This document shows, in pieces, positions 28,783 to 37,096 of a stretch of 64,000 bases of DNA. The stretch's first letter is position 1. Each line of letters opens with the position of its first letter. The stretch is from a virus (lineage: Duplodnaviria; Heunggongvirae; Uroviricota; Caudoviricetes). A program made the translations under genes and the position numbers. The stretch covers positions 32,001-96,000 of IMG/VR virus record IMGVR_UViG_3300037484_000445, one strand, 5' to 3'. The notes under the pieces were generated by a model. It was not told the origin of the DNA. It saw nothing but the letters and a program-made list of their open reading frames with translations, and did not search any database.

Positions 28783-30609
28783 GTGGGGCTGTGGGTTGTA
28801 CTAGAGACAGTCGTACGTAGTGAACAGCCCGATCCGGAAGCTGTTCGTAAGGCTATTTCGCGTGTATTGCCAGGCACTGAAGTGTTCGTGCCAGCAGCTG
28901 TATCTCAAGTAGGATCGGATAGAGTCACATCGTACTTGCTTGAGGGGTATGTCTTCGTTCGTTACGATCGATCGGCTTCCGATTATTTCAAGCTCGACGG
29001 TACAAAGTACATTCAGAACGTTCTTCTGTCTCCGGGCAGCCAAAACCGAAACAAACGCATCTCGACGGTGGATGATGTCCACGTCTTGAAGATGCGCGAG
29101 CAGATCAAGCAGCTCGTCGACAAGGGTATCAGCATAGGTGATACCGTGATGATCACCTCGGGCCCCTATCGGAACATGACCGCTGTTGTACTCGAGGATT
29201 TTCCCGAGGAGAACAAGGTTCAGGTTCACATTGGCCTAAGGTCTAAGCAAAGTCTCATCTCCTTTCCACGGTCGTTTTTGACGGTCGTGTCAAAGTCCCC
29301 ACTTTCTTCAATCCTTAGCCACCTGAAGTCCTTACAGGATTGGGTCAAAATTGTTGAGCCGATCCTGACTTGGGAAGCTTCAGTGGAACCTCTACAGCGG
29401 TCGTATAGGGCTTACATACGATCCGTGGAGTTTTTCGATCGTTCCATCAATTCCATCTGGTTTAGGATGTTCTCGAGTATGGTTCCTAACTACTTGGTAG
29501 CCATCAATACTCGGATGGGATCTTTGACTCGTTGGGAAAATGCACCCGAACGCTTGAGTCATCTTACGACCTTTGTTCACGTCTATGAGAGCCGAGAAAC
29601 AGCGGAACTCCTGAAGAAGCTTCGGGCTAAAATGAACCGCCTTGTTTGGCTTGAAAGTGTCTTGAACCGTATTCAAACCCTGTGGAACGATGTGGACAAG
29701 CTTTCCAAGTCTCTTGCCAGAAAAGATAAAGGTAGGGTCATGAATCACAATGTGTTGGTGGATGGACACAATCTGGCTTTTCGCTGTCTTTATGCTCCGG
29801 GTATAGCGGACCTGAGGGACAGCCAGAGTAGACCTACTGGGATGATTTTAGGTGTTCTACGGAGCTTAGCGTCCCTCAAGAAGCGATTCCCGGATGCTAC
29901 CCTTATGGTGGCTTGGGATGGATCCTCTCAACGACGTAAGCGGAAATTCTCTGAGTATAAGGCCAACCGTAAAGCTCACGAAGTCGTTGCAGAGGGGGCG
30001 TTTGATCCCTTAGGGTTCATCAAAGTAATTCTACCTCTTTTAGGGGTACCTCAAATTTGGAATCCTAAGGAAGAAGCCGACGATGTCATCGCTACCTTAG
30101 TGAAAGGTAAGCTAAAGGGTGACATAAACATAGTTTTCTCTACAGACCGAGATTTACTGCAATTGGTGACCCCCACAACACACCTGTTGGTGCCGCCTGT
30201 TGGTAGTCGGAACGAGATCCTGTTTGATCCAGAGGCAGTTCAGGAGGCTATGGGGGTACCTCCAAACAAAGTTGTGGAACTTCGGGCGCTCTATGGAGAC
30301 ACATCGGACAACATCCCTGGCGTGCCTCGAGTGCCGAAAAAAGTGCTTAAAGACCTCATTCAGGCACATGGTTCTGTGGATGGTTTGTACCGTTCAGGGC
30401 TGGCAGGGCTAAACAAGGGTCAATATGAAAGGTTGCGTTCTGCGGAACCTCAAGTCAGAATCAACTTGGATCTGGCGACCTTGGTTGACGTGGTCGTCTC
30501 TACCACCCCCTCAGATGTGGACCCTGACCGCGCAACAACGTTGTTGCGCGAGCTGGACATAAACCCCAGTAGTCTTCTCGACGTCTTTTTTGGGAACTTA
30601 CCACCATGA
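28783..30609 (+). CDS. NusG-like (NGN+KOW) domain fused to PolI-type 5'-3' exonuclease/flap endonuclease
   Basis: N-terminal WVVL, VFVP, LLEGYVFV and GDTVMITSGPY (KOW). From 29740: LVDG.N, PTG, WDG, YKANR, EADD, STDRD..QL, GDTSDNIPGV. No stop codon between the two parts. Confidence 0.88.
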   Translation: MGLWVVLETVVRSEQPDPEAVRKAISRVLPGTEVFVPAAVSQVGSDRVTSYLLEGYVFVRYDRSASDYFKLDGTKYIQNVLLSPGSQNRNKRISTVDDVHVLKMREQIKQLVDKGISIGDTVMITSGPYRNMTAVVLEDFPEENKVQVHIGLRSKQSLISFPRSFLTVVSKSPLSSILSHLKSLQDWVKIVEPILTWEASVEPLQRSYRAYIRSVEFFDRSINSIWFRMFSSMVPNYLVAINTRMGSLTRWENAPERLSHLTTFVHVYESRETAELLKKLRAKMNRLVWLESVLNRIQTLWNDVDKLSKSLARKDKGRVMNHNVLVDGHNLAFRCLYAPGIADLRDSQSRPTGMILGVLRSLASLKKRFPDATLMVAWDGSSQRRKRKFSEYKANRKAHEVVAEGAFDPLGFIKVILPLLGVPQIWNPKEEADDVIATLVKGKLKGDINIVFSTDRDLLQLVTPTTHLLVPPVGSRNEILFDPEAVQEAMGVPPNKVVELRALYGDTSDNIPGVPRVPKKVLKDLIQAHGSVDGLYRSGLAGLNKGQYERLRSAEPQVRINLDLATLVDVVVSTTPSDVDPDRATTLLRELDINPSSLLDVFFGNLPP

Positions 30610-31343
30610 GTTCAGGCTATGTCATCCCCACAAACCCTCTGGAATTGGCCTCTCGCGTACAGTACCATGATCCTAGGTTTGAGGAGGATGACGAGGAGTA
30701 CCTCGATCCGGAAGAAGCCGAGGTTCGAAACGTAAGCCTTGATACTTTTGCCAGCTACTTTCCAGACGGGGACTACGAGAGTCGTATCGTCCCTTTGTTG
30801 GATCGCATCCCTGAGCGCGAGGCCGACTTCATTGAGATGTACTTTTTGCAGAAGAAGATCCAGGCGGACATAGCCCAGATCTTCGGGGTGACTCAGGCAG
30901 CTGTTAGTTATCGTCTAGTCCGTGGTGTGAAGCGTCTCAAGTTCCTGATCACCATCCCACAGGTGACCGAAGAAGAACTTAGGGCTGACTTACCTAAGAT
31001 TTTCCCAGCTAGATTAGGGTGTCCCGTTTGCGAACGTTCTTCGAACAGAGATTGCCCCGTGTGTCATGGATCTAGGATCATACTTTTAGATGTTGAGATC
31101 CTAGTAGGTATGTGGGGGATCACCTGCCAATCGAAAGTGGCTGACAAGTTAGGCCTGACTCAGGGGAGAGTCAGGCACCGCTTTTTTAGGGCTGTAGGGA
31201 CCCTGGCGTCGGCGGCAAAGGTGGACGAACGGTTCTTGCCCTACCACCAGATATTTAGCATTATGTCCTCTAAGAAGTTCAACATCCTTCATGAGGTACG
31301 CCTTCCGCAGTGGGCGGATCGTGGCGTGGATGAATGCGCCTAA
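30606..31343 (+). CDS. double HTH (sigma-70 region 4-like) transcription factor with Zn-ribbon insert
   Basis: LDRIPERE...QADIAQIFGVTQAAVSYRL; CPVC..CPVC; QSKVADKLGLTQGRVRHRF. Confidence 0.7.
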   Translation: MSSGYVIPTNPLELASRVQYHDPRFEEDDEEYLDPEEAEVRNVSLDTFASYFPDGDYESRIVPLLDRIPEREADFIEMYFLQKKIQADIAQIFGVTQAAVSYRLVRGVKRLKFLITIPQVTEEELRADLPKIFPARLGCPVCERSSNRDCPVCHGSRIILLDVEILVGMWGITCQSKVADKLGLTQGRVRHRFFRAVGTLASAAKVDERFLPYHQIFSIMSSKKFNILHEVRLPQWADRGVDECA

Positions 31344-31374
31344 GCGGCTAGGTAAGGGGGTCAAAAAGTAGGCT

Positions 31375-31399
31375 TTTCTTCTTATAGCCTCACTGTTGA
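31375..31399 (+). promoter_or_regulatory. pyrimidine-rich YTTAT-N10-TTGA putative late promoter at the start of the structural module
   Basis: Same pattern at 43222, 49235, 54673, 56928 and 61373. Confidence 0.45.
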
Positions 31400-31415
31400 C
31401 GGAGGAGTCCATCCC

Positions 31416-32324
31416 TTGCCGATTTCCGCCGCCAACCTCAGTAACCAAGATTTAGGGTTCAGCCTGAACCTAAACGGTCGTGTTTGGAGGTGGAAGACCC
31501 GCATGGATGTGTCGGGTTTGACACCGACCTTCCAAATCATCGACATTCTGACCCCCTATGGGGTTTTTCGGGATGCCGTACCGCTTCCGGGGGAAGTCGT
31601 GCAGGCTATGAGCGATTCAATCGCTTCTTTGCTGGCCAACTTCCAGCCAAGCATACTCCTTGGACCACCGAGCTCTCTGGTCTTTACGGTGGACGAAGGT
31701 CGCGGATATTCACAGCCACTATCGGGTCGCCTTACAAATAATGGCGTCTTTGGTTCGTTGCTCAGTGGCACGTTGATTCCGTCGGCGCCTTATATCCACA
31801 TTTCCCCTGAGGTGGTGGGCCACCTGGCATCGAACCAGTACGGCTTGTTCGATGTCTCTGTGGATTCGACGGACTTGTTGGCGTCTTCCAGCCCCTACGC
31901 GGCGTCTATCACCGTTCAAGACACGTCGGCTTCAAATTCTCCCCAAACTCTGCCTGTGGTCATTAACGTTCGACCTTTGGCCATTGTTGCAGCAACTCCC
32001 ACGCCACTAAACTTCGCTGTGATTCGTCCTGTGAGTGGCCCGTTTCCGGCGATCCCCACGCAGACTTTCAATGCGGAAAACACGGGACCTGCGGGTTCTT
32101 ACCTCGAGTACCAAATCACTCGCCTGACAGGGCTATCTCAGAACTGGTTGGCTGGGTTCAGCCCAACTTATGGGGCTCTCACGTCGGGGACTCAACAGGC
32201 TATCACGGTCACAGTGACTCCTGTTGAAGGTTTATTGCCCGGTGTGTACGAGGAAACCTTGAGAGTCAGTGGGTACTCCTTCAATTCTTACGCGGATGTT
32301 CTAGTACGACTGACCATTACGTGA
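31416..32324 (+). CDS. virion protein with two BACON/Ig-like domains
   Basis: P.SLVF...G.S..L.N.G / NWL..SP..G.L..G....I.V.V..L.PG.Y...L.V pattern; GGAGGAG RBS. Confidence 0.65.
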   Translation: MPISAANLSNQDLGFSLNLNGRVWRWKTRMDVSGLTPTFQIIDILTPYGVFRDAVPLPGEVVQAMSDSIASLLANFQPSILLGPPSSLVFTVDEGRGYSQPLSGRLTNNGVFGSLLSGTLIPSAPYIHISPEVVGHLASNQYGLFDVSVDSTDLLASSSPYAASITVQDTSASNSPQTLPVVINVRPLAIVAATPTPLNFAVIRPVSGPFPAIPTQTFNAENTGPAGSYLEYQITRLTGLSQNWLAGFSPTYGALTSGTQQAITVTVTPVEGLLPGVYEETLRVSGYSFNSYADVLVRLTIT

Positions 32325-32332
32325 GGCTAACG

Positions 32333-32620
32333 ATGAGCGACTTCAAATTGGACCAGATTCAAACGGGGTCGTCCGGCATGGATGCCTTTTTCGAGCAAGA
32401 ACCCCAGATGATCCAACCATTTGGGCAGAAGGCTGCCGCAACTACAAGGCCTCCCCGTATCAAGGTTGGTTCGTTGGCCCAGCTCAATGGGTTCAATAGG
32501 ATTTCAGCTGAAACCCTGATCCACAAGTCAACCCAGGACCTTTGGACCATCACCAATGAGGGTGGTGACCTTTACATCCAACGGTTGTTTTCGGACAACG
32601 GGGGCCCTCTAAAGGGTTAA
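32333..32620 (+). CDS. small head-module protein
   Basis: 95 aa, translationally coupled; LIHKS.QDLW and RLF.D.G.PLKG. Confidence 0.6.
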   Translation: MSDFKLDQIQTGSSGMDAFFEQEPQMIQPFGQKAAATTRPPRIKVGSLAQLNGFNRISAETLIHKSTQDLWTITNEGGDLYIQRLFSDNGGPLKG

Positions 32621-32624
32621 GGTC

Positions 32625-34019
32625 TTGAGCACCAACACCGCACAAAGAAGGCTCATAGCCAGGTACCTCAACGCGAAACCCGTGGAGAACAAAATCGATC
32701 TTCACACAGAGTTTCCGATTGCTATGTTGCGTCTGGCGGGATCCGAACGAACCGCGGCCTTTCCTCCTTTTTCCAAGAATGGTCCCCCTGAACAACCAGT
32801 TGAAGGGGGCGGTACTTCAAAGCGAAACATTCCCAAGGATCACCCTTACGACCCACGATCCTTGAAGCCTATGGCCAAGTCGTTGTGGGCTGCGAGCGTG
32901 AGTTTAGGTCATGCCCTAACGGCTTATCGTCACTTGAGCCGCTTGAAGTCCGGTACCATCAGCCCCGATGGGATGCTTGGGGGGCGGGGTTACGTGATGG
33001 GTATAGCGGATATCCGCAAGAAGCTCTATGACGCTTGTGAAGCCCTAAGTGCCATCACGGATACCCTTCACGACGAGATCATGGCACCTCATTGGAAGCC
33101 TCGTTTAGCTCAATTGGATGCTGAAGAGGCCGAGGACGTCGAGAACTACGTTGAGGAATCCCAGGAAATATTAGCCAATCCTGAGGATGAGGCTGAAGAA
33201 GAGGCTGACGAGATCGAAAGTCACAAGCCCAAGGCAAAGGGCGCTGATGACGAAGATGAGAAGGACGAGGACGAAGGATCCTCGGAATTACCCGGTGGTG
33301 GAAGCCCACCTGAAGCGTCGGCACCCCAACCGATGACGCCCAAGATGGCTAATTCGGCGTGGCCTACAGGAGTGCTTCCTGGGGGCCCTAGAATTGTGCA
33401 TTTGGATCGTCAAGATCCAGACCCCAACCCTCCTGAGGCCTACCCTTCCGATGACTGGGGGACTCCAACGGAAAAAGAGTACCTGTACCCCACACCGTTT
33501 ATGGGTGTCACGGTGCAGGCTGAATCCGTTGTGCCCGACGCTACAACGGAAGACACACCCACGGAAGCTTGGGACTTTGGATTGGGCTACGGTGCTCACG
33601 GACAGGGTGCTGGCGGGTACGAGAACCCTTCGGACGAAGGTGTTGGCAACAAGGGTGTTTGGGGACCACACAGTGGTCTGCCTGGAACTCCCCCTATTTC
33701 TTCCGGGGATAGTACACCAGAACTAGATTACAAGACCAATGAACACTTGGCCCAAGGGCTTCTCCCGAATGACGGCCAACCCCCTGTAGCTCGGACGGAC
33801 TATTTCCGTGGGGATCGTGGAAATCTGATCAACACGCAATCCACTTTACCAGGAGAGTCGACGCCAAGCGGAGAGTTTGCTCCTAGCTTGATGAACACCG
33901 ACTTCACCTATGAGGACGTAGAAACCCCTTACGTCCGATATGACTACACCACTCACGATTACAGGAAAGACCCCCTTCATGCTTGGCCTCAAAAAGCTGA
34001 GCAGGACAAAGAGCCATGA
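32625..34019 (+). CDS. putative internal head protein (acidic, low complexity)
   Basis: 464 aa; RRLIARYLNA tag and RLAG, RTAA, KMAN, VQAE motifs between segments. Confidence 0.6.
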   Translation: MSTNTAQRRLIARYLNAKPVENKIDLHTEFPIAMLRLAGSERTAAFPPFSKNGPPEQPVEGGGTSKRNIPKDHPYDPRSLKPMAKSLWAASVSLGHALTAYRHLSRLKSGTISPDGMLGGRGYVMGIADIRKKLYDACEALSAITDTLHDEIMAPHWKPRLAQLDAEEAEDVENYVEESQEILANPEDEAEEEADEIESHKPKAKGADDEDEKDEDEGSSELPGGGSPPEASAPQPMTPKMANSAWPTGVLPGGPRIVHLDRQDPDPNPPEAYPSDDWGTPTEKEYLYPTPFMGVTVQAESVVPDATTEDTPTEAWDFGLGYGAHGQGAGGYENPSDEGVGNKGVWGPHSGLPGTPPISSGDSTPELDYKTNEHLAQGLLPNDGQPPVARTDYFRGDRGNLINTQSTLPGESTPSGEFAPSLMNTDFTYEDVETPYVRYDYTTHDYRKDPLHAWPQKAEQDKEP

Positions 34020-35983
34020 CTGAACTTGGAGACTTGACTAGCTTCTTCAAAGAGGGTTCAGCTGTTTCCAACCTCGATTGGTTGGACGTTGACGAGCAAG
34101 CCTATCGTGAGTTGGAGACGCTCCCGAAGCAGAACTTGGATATAGCTCCAGACCTTGAGGCTCTGTGGAGTCATCAAGATGGGTCTCCGTCCAAACTCGT
34201 TCCAAACACAGGTGCCCCAAGAACTATGGGGGATCTTTCTGAGGCTCACGGGCGACTGCGTTCGGTGCCTGAGGATTTGATCCGAACGGCTCGATTGGCC
34301 ATAATCCAAACGACGAACCCCCAAAAGATCAGTAACTTACTGAAGGTTCGTTATGACGGCGATACCCTGGCCGCGGCGAAAACAGCCTTAGGTCAGGTAT
34401 TTGCTGAGCGTGGTCTATTGGGCAGGCTCTATATTGCTGCCAGCGATTTCACCAATTGTCAGGCATCGGCGGACTTTGTTCGACGCTTTGCTTCCGAGGC
34501 TAAGTACGTTTTAGCCAAGCAAGCTTGCGGTGATTGTACCCGCAGACATGCCCAGGCTAATGGATCCAGTCATTGTAGTGTGTTTCACAAGGAAATACAG
34601 CTGGATGTTCCCTACTCAGAGGCTTTGGCTCGCGAAGTCGAAAAGCGAGAAGTTTCTAAGAGTAAGGCAATACAAGCCTCGAGTGCAGATCCTAAAGAGA
34701 GGATCCGTAATGCCTTCTTGGCAGAGGAGTTCGCAACCTCAGCTAGCTTCACAGGACGTACTCAGGTGGTTTCACCTCGAGTGGCCGTTGATACTAGTCA
34801 GGTTCTGATATCTGCCGAGAACCTGACCAAACAACGTAAGGCTAGCGAGCAAAAGGCCCTAGCTGAAGTCAAAGCTCGTCCAATTGTGGCCCTACTCCGT
34901 CGAGAGATGATCAAAGGTCGCTCCGCTGAAGAGTTGGTCAAGACCTTGAGGTTGGCATTCGATGTTAGGGACTTGGGTGAGACTCAAGCCGTGTGGGCTC
35001 CTTTGTTTAAGGAAGCTGGCCTCTATGGTGCAGTCTACATCACACAGGAATCCTTCGACGATTGCCGTGAAGGGGCTGACTTCACGAACAAGCATGCTTC
35101 CAAGGCTAGGGCCATTGTGGCCGGCAACAAATGCTCTAGTTGCTTCTTCCGTCAGGCAGCTCGTTGCATGATGTACGGCCGTAAGCTGATTGGTTCGGCT
35201 GAAGAGGTGCTCACAACCGAAACCGTTCAAGCCGTGATTGATGAAGGTCGTATCGCTGGTAAACTGCCCTACGACGCAGCTCAGAGGCATTGGGGGTCTA
35301 CTCCAGTAGAGGCTCTGAAAGCCCTTCACAAGGCAGCCTCGGCGCCCCTGGCTGGGACCGTCTTGGATGTCCGCGGTACCATTGAAAGAGCCTTCCATGG
35401 TGCCACCCGCGTCACTCAGACAGGTGAGCTCACGAAGCGCAACATTGTAAAGGCAACTTCGCGGTATCTGAATGAAGGTCTTTATGGAGAAGACCTCAAA
35501 CAGGTACTTCAGAGTAGCTTTGGCCCGAGGGATCTTCTGGCTGCAGCCCAAGAACTCAAGGTGGTTCTGGCTGAGCAAGGACTCCAAGGCATCAAGTACA
35601 TCGATCCGACAGTCTATGCCGATTACGGAAAGGGTTGTGCTGAAGCGTCTCGGCTTCATCGATCGCGATCTGCAGTTCGCTACGCAAAGGTGGGTCCCAG
35701 TTGTGGATCTTGTGTCCACCAATCTTGCCCAGGTACATGCTCGGTCCTCAACAAGCTGTTAGTCGTTGAGCCCCCCTATATTGACAAGTTGGCAGAACAG
35801 CAAGCCATCCTAGATTCAGGGCGTTCGACAGAGGTTACTTACGCCTCTTTGGTGAACAACGGTCTCACAACAATGCAGGAGTACCAGTTGCAGAACCAAG
35901 ACATGTCCTTGGATCTCAATCCTGTAATGGCTTCAGATGCCACTTGGGTTGAGTTTGGTGTGCAGCAGGAGCTCAAACTGTGA
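34016..35983 (+). CDS. head-module protein with three about 190-200 aa Cys-rich repeats
   Basis: Three copies of GLxGxxYI..C..CxxC..C starting near 34409, 35015 and 35576. Confidence 0.7.
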   Translation: MTELGDLTSFFKEGSAVSNLDWLDVDEQAYRELETLPKQNLDIAPDLEALWSHQDGSPSKLVPNTGAPRTMGDLSEAHGRLRSVPEDLIRTARLAIIQTTNPQKISNLLKVRYDGDTLAAAKTALGQVFAERGLLGRLYIAASDFTNCQASADFVRRFASEAKYVLAKQACGDCTRRHAQANGSSHCSVFHKEIQLDVPYSEALAREVEKREVSKSKAIQASSADPKERIRNAFLAEEFATSASFTGRTQVVSPRVAVDTSQVLISAENLTKQRKASEQKALAEVKARPIVALLRREMIKGRSAEELVKTLRLAFDVRDLGETQAVWAPLFKEAGLYGAVYITQESFDDCREGADFTNKHASKARAIVAGNKCSSCFFRQAARCMMYGRKLIGSAEEVLTTETVQAVIDEGRIAGKLPYDAAQRHWGSTPVEALKALHKAASAPLAGTVLDVRGTIERAFHGATRVTQTGELTKRNIVKATSRYLNEGLYGEDLKQVLQSSFGPRDLLAAAQELKVVLAEQGLQGIKYIDPTVYADYGKGCAEASRLHRSRSAVRYAKVGPSCGSCVHQSCPGTCSVLNKLLVVEPPYIDKLAEQQAILDSGRSTEVTYASLVNNGLTTMQEYQLQNQDMSLDLNPVMASDATWVEFGVQQELKL

Positions 35984-36471
35984 AACGTCTTCGTGGCCAA
36001 TACGAGTATGTAGCCATTTTTGATGACGCCTCCTATTTTCCGGGCGTGTCAAAGGCGGCTAAAAAAGTTGCCGCTGCTTTTAGGGCTTCGACAGTGGTTC
36101 ATCGTTTGGTCGCTCGTTACAAGACAGCAAATCAGCCTCCAGGAGCTCGGCAGAAGGCTAGGAAGAACACGAACCCCATCAACAAACCTAGGGGTATTGT
36201 CAAGGAAGTAGCCAAAGAACACGGCGCTATGCGAGTAGAGGGGGACGACAACGTCAGGCCTCAATCTCGAGACATTTTGCCTAAGGACGTCTTCACACCC
36301 ACCCCCGATCATACAGGGGTCCTGAACCTAGCTCAGAGTGGGAAGGACTTGTCCAAACCTATCAATAAGCAGGTCCCCAAGGATAAGGGTTACGACGTTG
36401 TTCGCAACCTCTCTCAGTACCTGATCCGAACGAAAGGTACCGGAGAAGAGGGGACCGAGGAAGGTCGTTAG
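35980..36471 (+). CDS. basic putative internal head protein
   Basis: KVAA, FRAS, and HRLVARYKTA tag followed by a K/R-rich region. Confidence 0.6.
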   Translation: MKRLRGQYEYVAIFDDASYFPGVSKAAKKVAAAFRASTVVHRLVARYKTANQPPGARQKARKNTNPINKPRGIVKEVAKEHGAMRVEGDDNVRPQSRDILPKDVFTPTPDHTGVLNLAQSGKDLSKPINKQVPKDKGYDVVRNLSQYLIRTKGTGEEGTEEGR

Positions 36472-36472
36472 T

Positions 36473-37093
36473 ATGTCAGACGGGAATAGCACGTCCATTG
36501 AATCAGTCCCACCAACAGACGACAACAAGCCCATAGGGTCCGTCGCCAAAGTGGTCGGTTTACCCCTACCAATTCACGCGGTTACAGGGGGTCAAGTAGT
36601 CAAGAGGCGCCCGGGTAGGCCCAAGAAGATCAACCCACGTCCAACTATGGAGGATCTCGACTACCATGCCGAGACGTCCAAGCTGAAGGATGCCTTCATT
36701 CAACAGGATCCTCTGGTTAAGGCGGCTTCTTCAGGCCAAACATCCATCGAGGTCCTTCAACGGATTAAGACCGAGATTGCTCGGGAGTCCGCGGCTCTTC
36801 TGTTCGCTCGCAATGAGGAGGAAAAGTACGGCCGAGACACCTCACAGATGTCTTCTAGGCGTATCTCGGCTCTTCGTGAGATTGCCAGTCTAGAGATGGA
36901 GATTAGAACTCTAGGATCGACTGTGATTGATCTTCGCAGTGAGCAATTCCAGAAGATCATCTCCTACTTCTTGGAATGCATCAAAGAGGTGGCCGTCGAA
37001 ACTCTCACTACAGAGCAGGTGAATATCTTCTTCAATCGTCTCGAGACAAGACTCGAGGATTGGGAGGAACGTGCCCAGAATTTGGTTCGGTGA
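36473..37093 (+). CDS. probable terminase small subunit
   Basis: Directly upstream of TerL; AT-hook-like RRPGRPKK followed by a helical oligomerisation-type region. Confidence 0.55.
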   Translation: MSDGNSTSIESVPPTDDNKPIGSVAKVVGLPLPIHAVTGGQVVKRRPGRPKKINPRPTMEDLDYHAETSKLKDAFIQQDPLVKAASSGQTSIEVLQRIKTEIARESAALLFARNEEEKYGRDTSQMSSRRISALREIASLEMEIRTLGSTVIDLRSEQFQKIISYFLECIKEVAVETLTTEQVNIFFNRLETRLEDWEERAQNLVR

Positions 37094-37096
37094 TTT

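Noticed and set aside
34892-35722. Long antisense ORFs (also 23521..24270, 44904..45512, 54961..55542)
   Set aside because: They are fully nested opposite convincing + strand genes and show no motifs, RBS or promoter motif.
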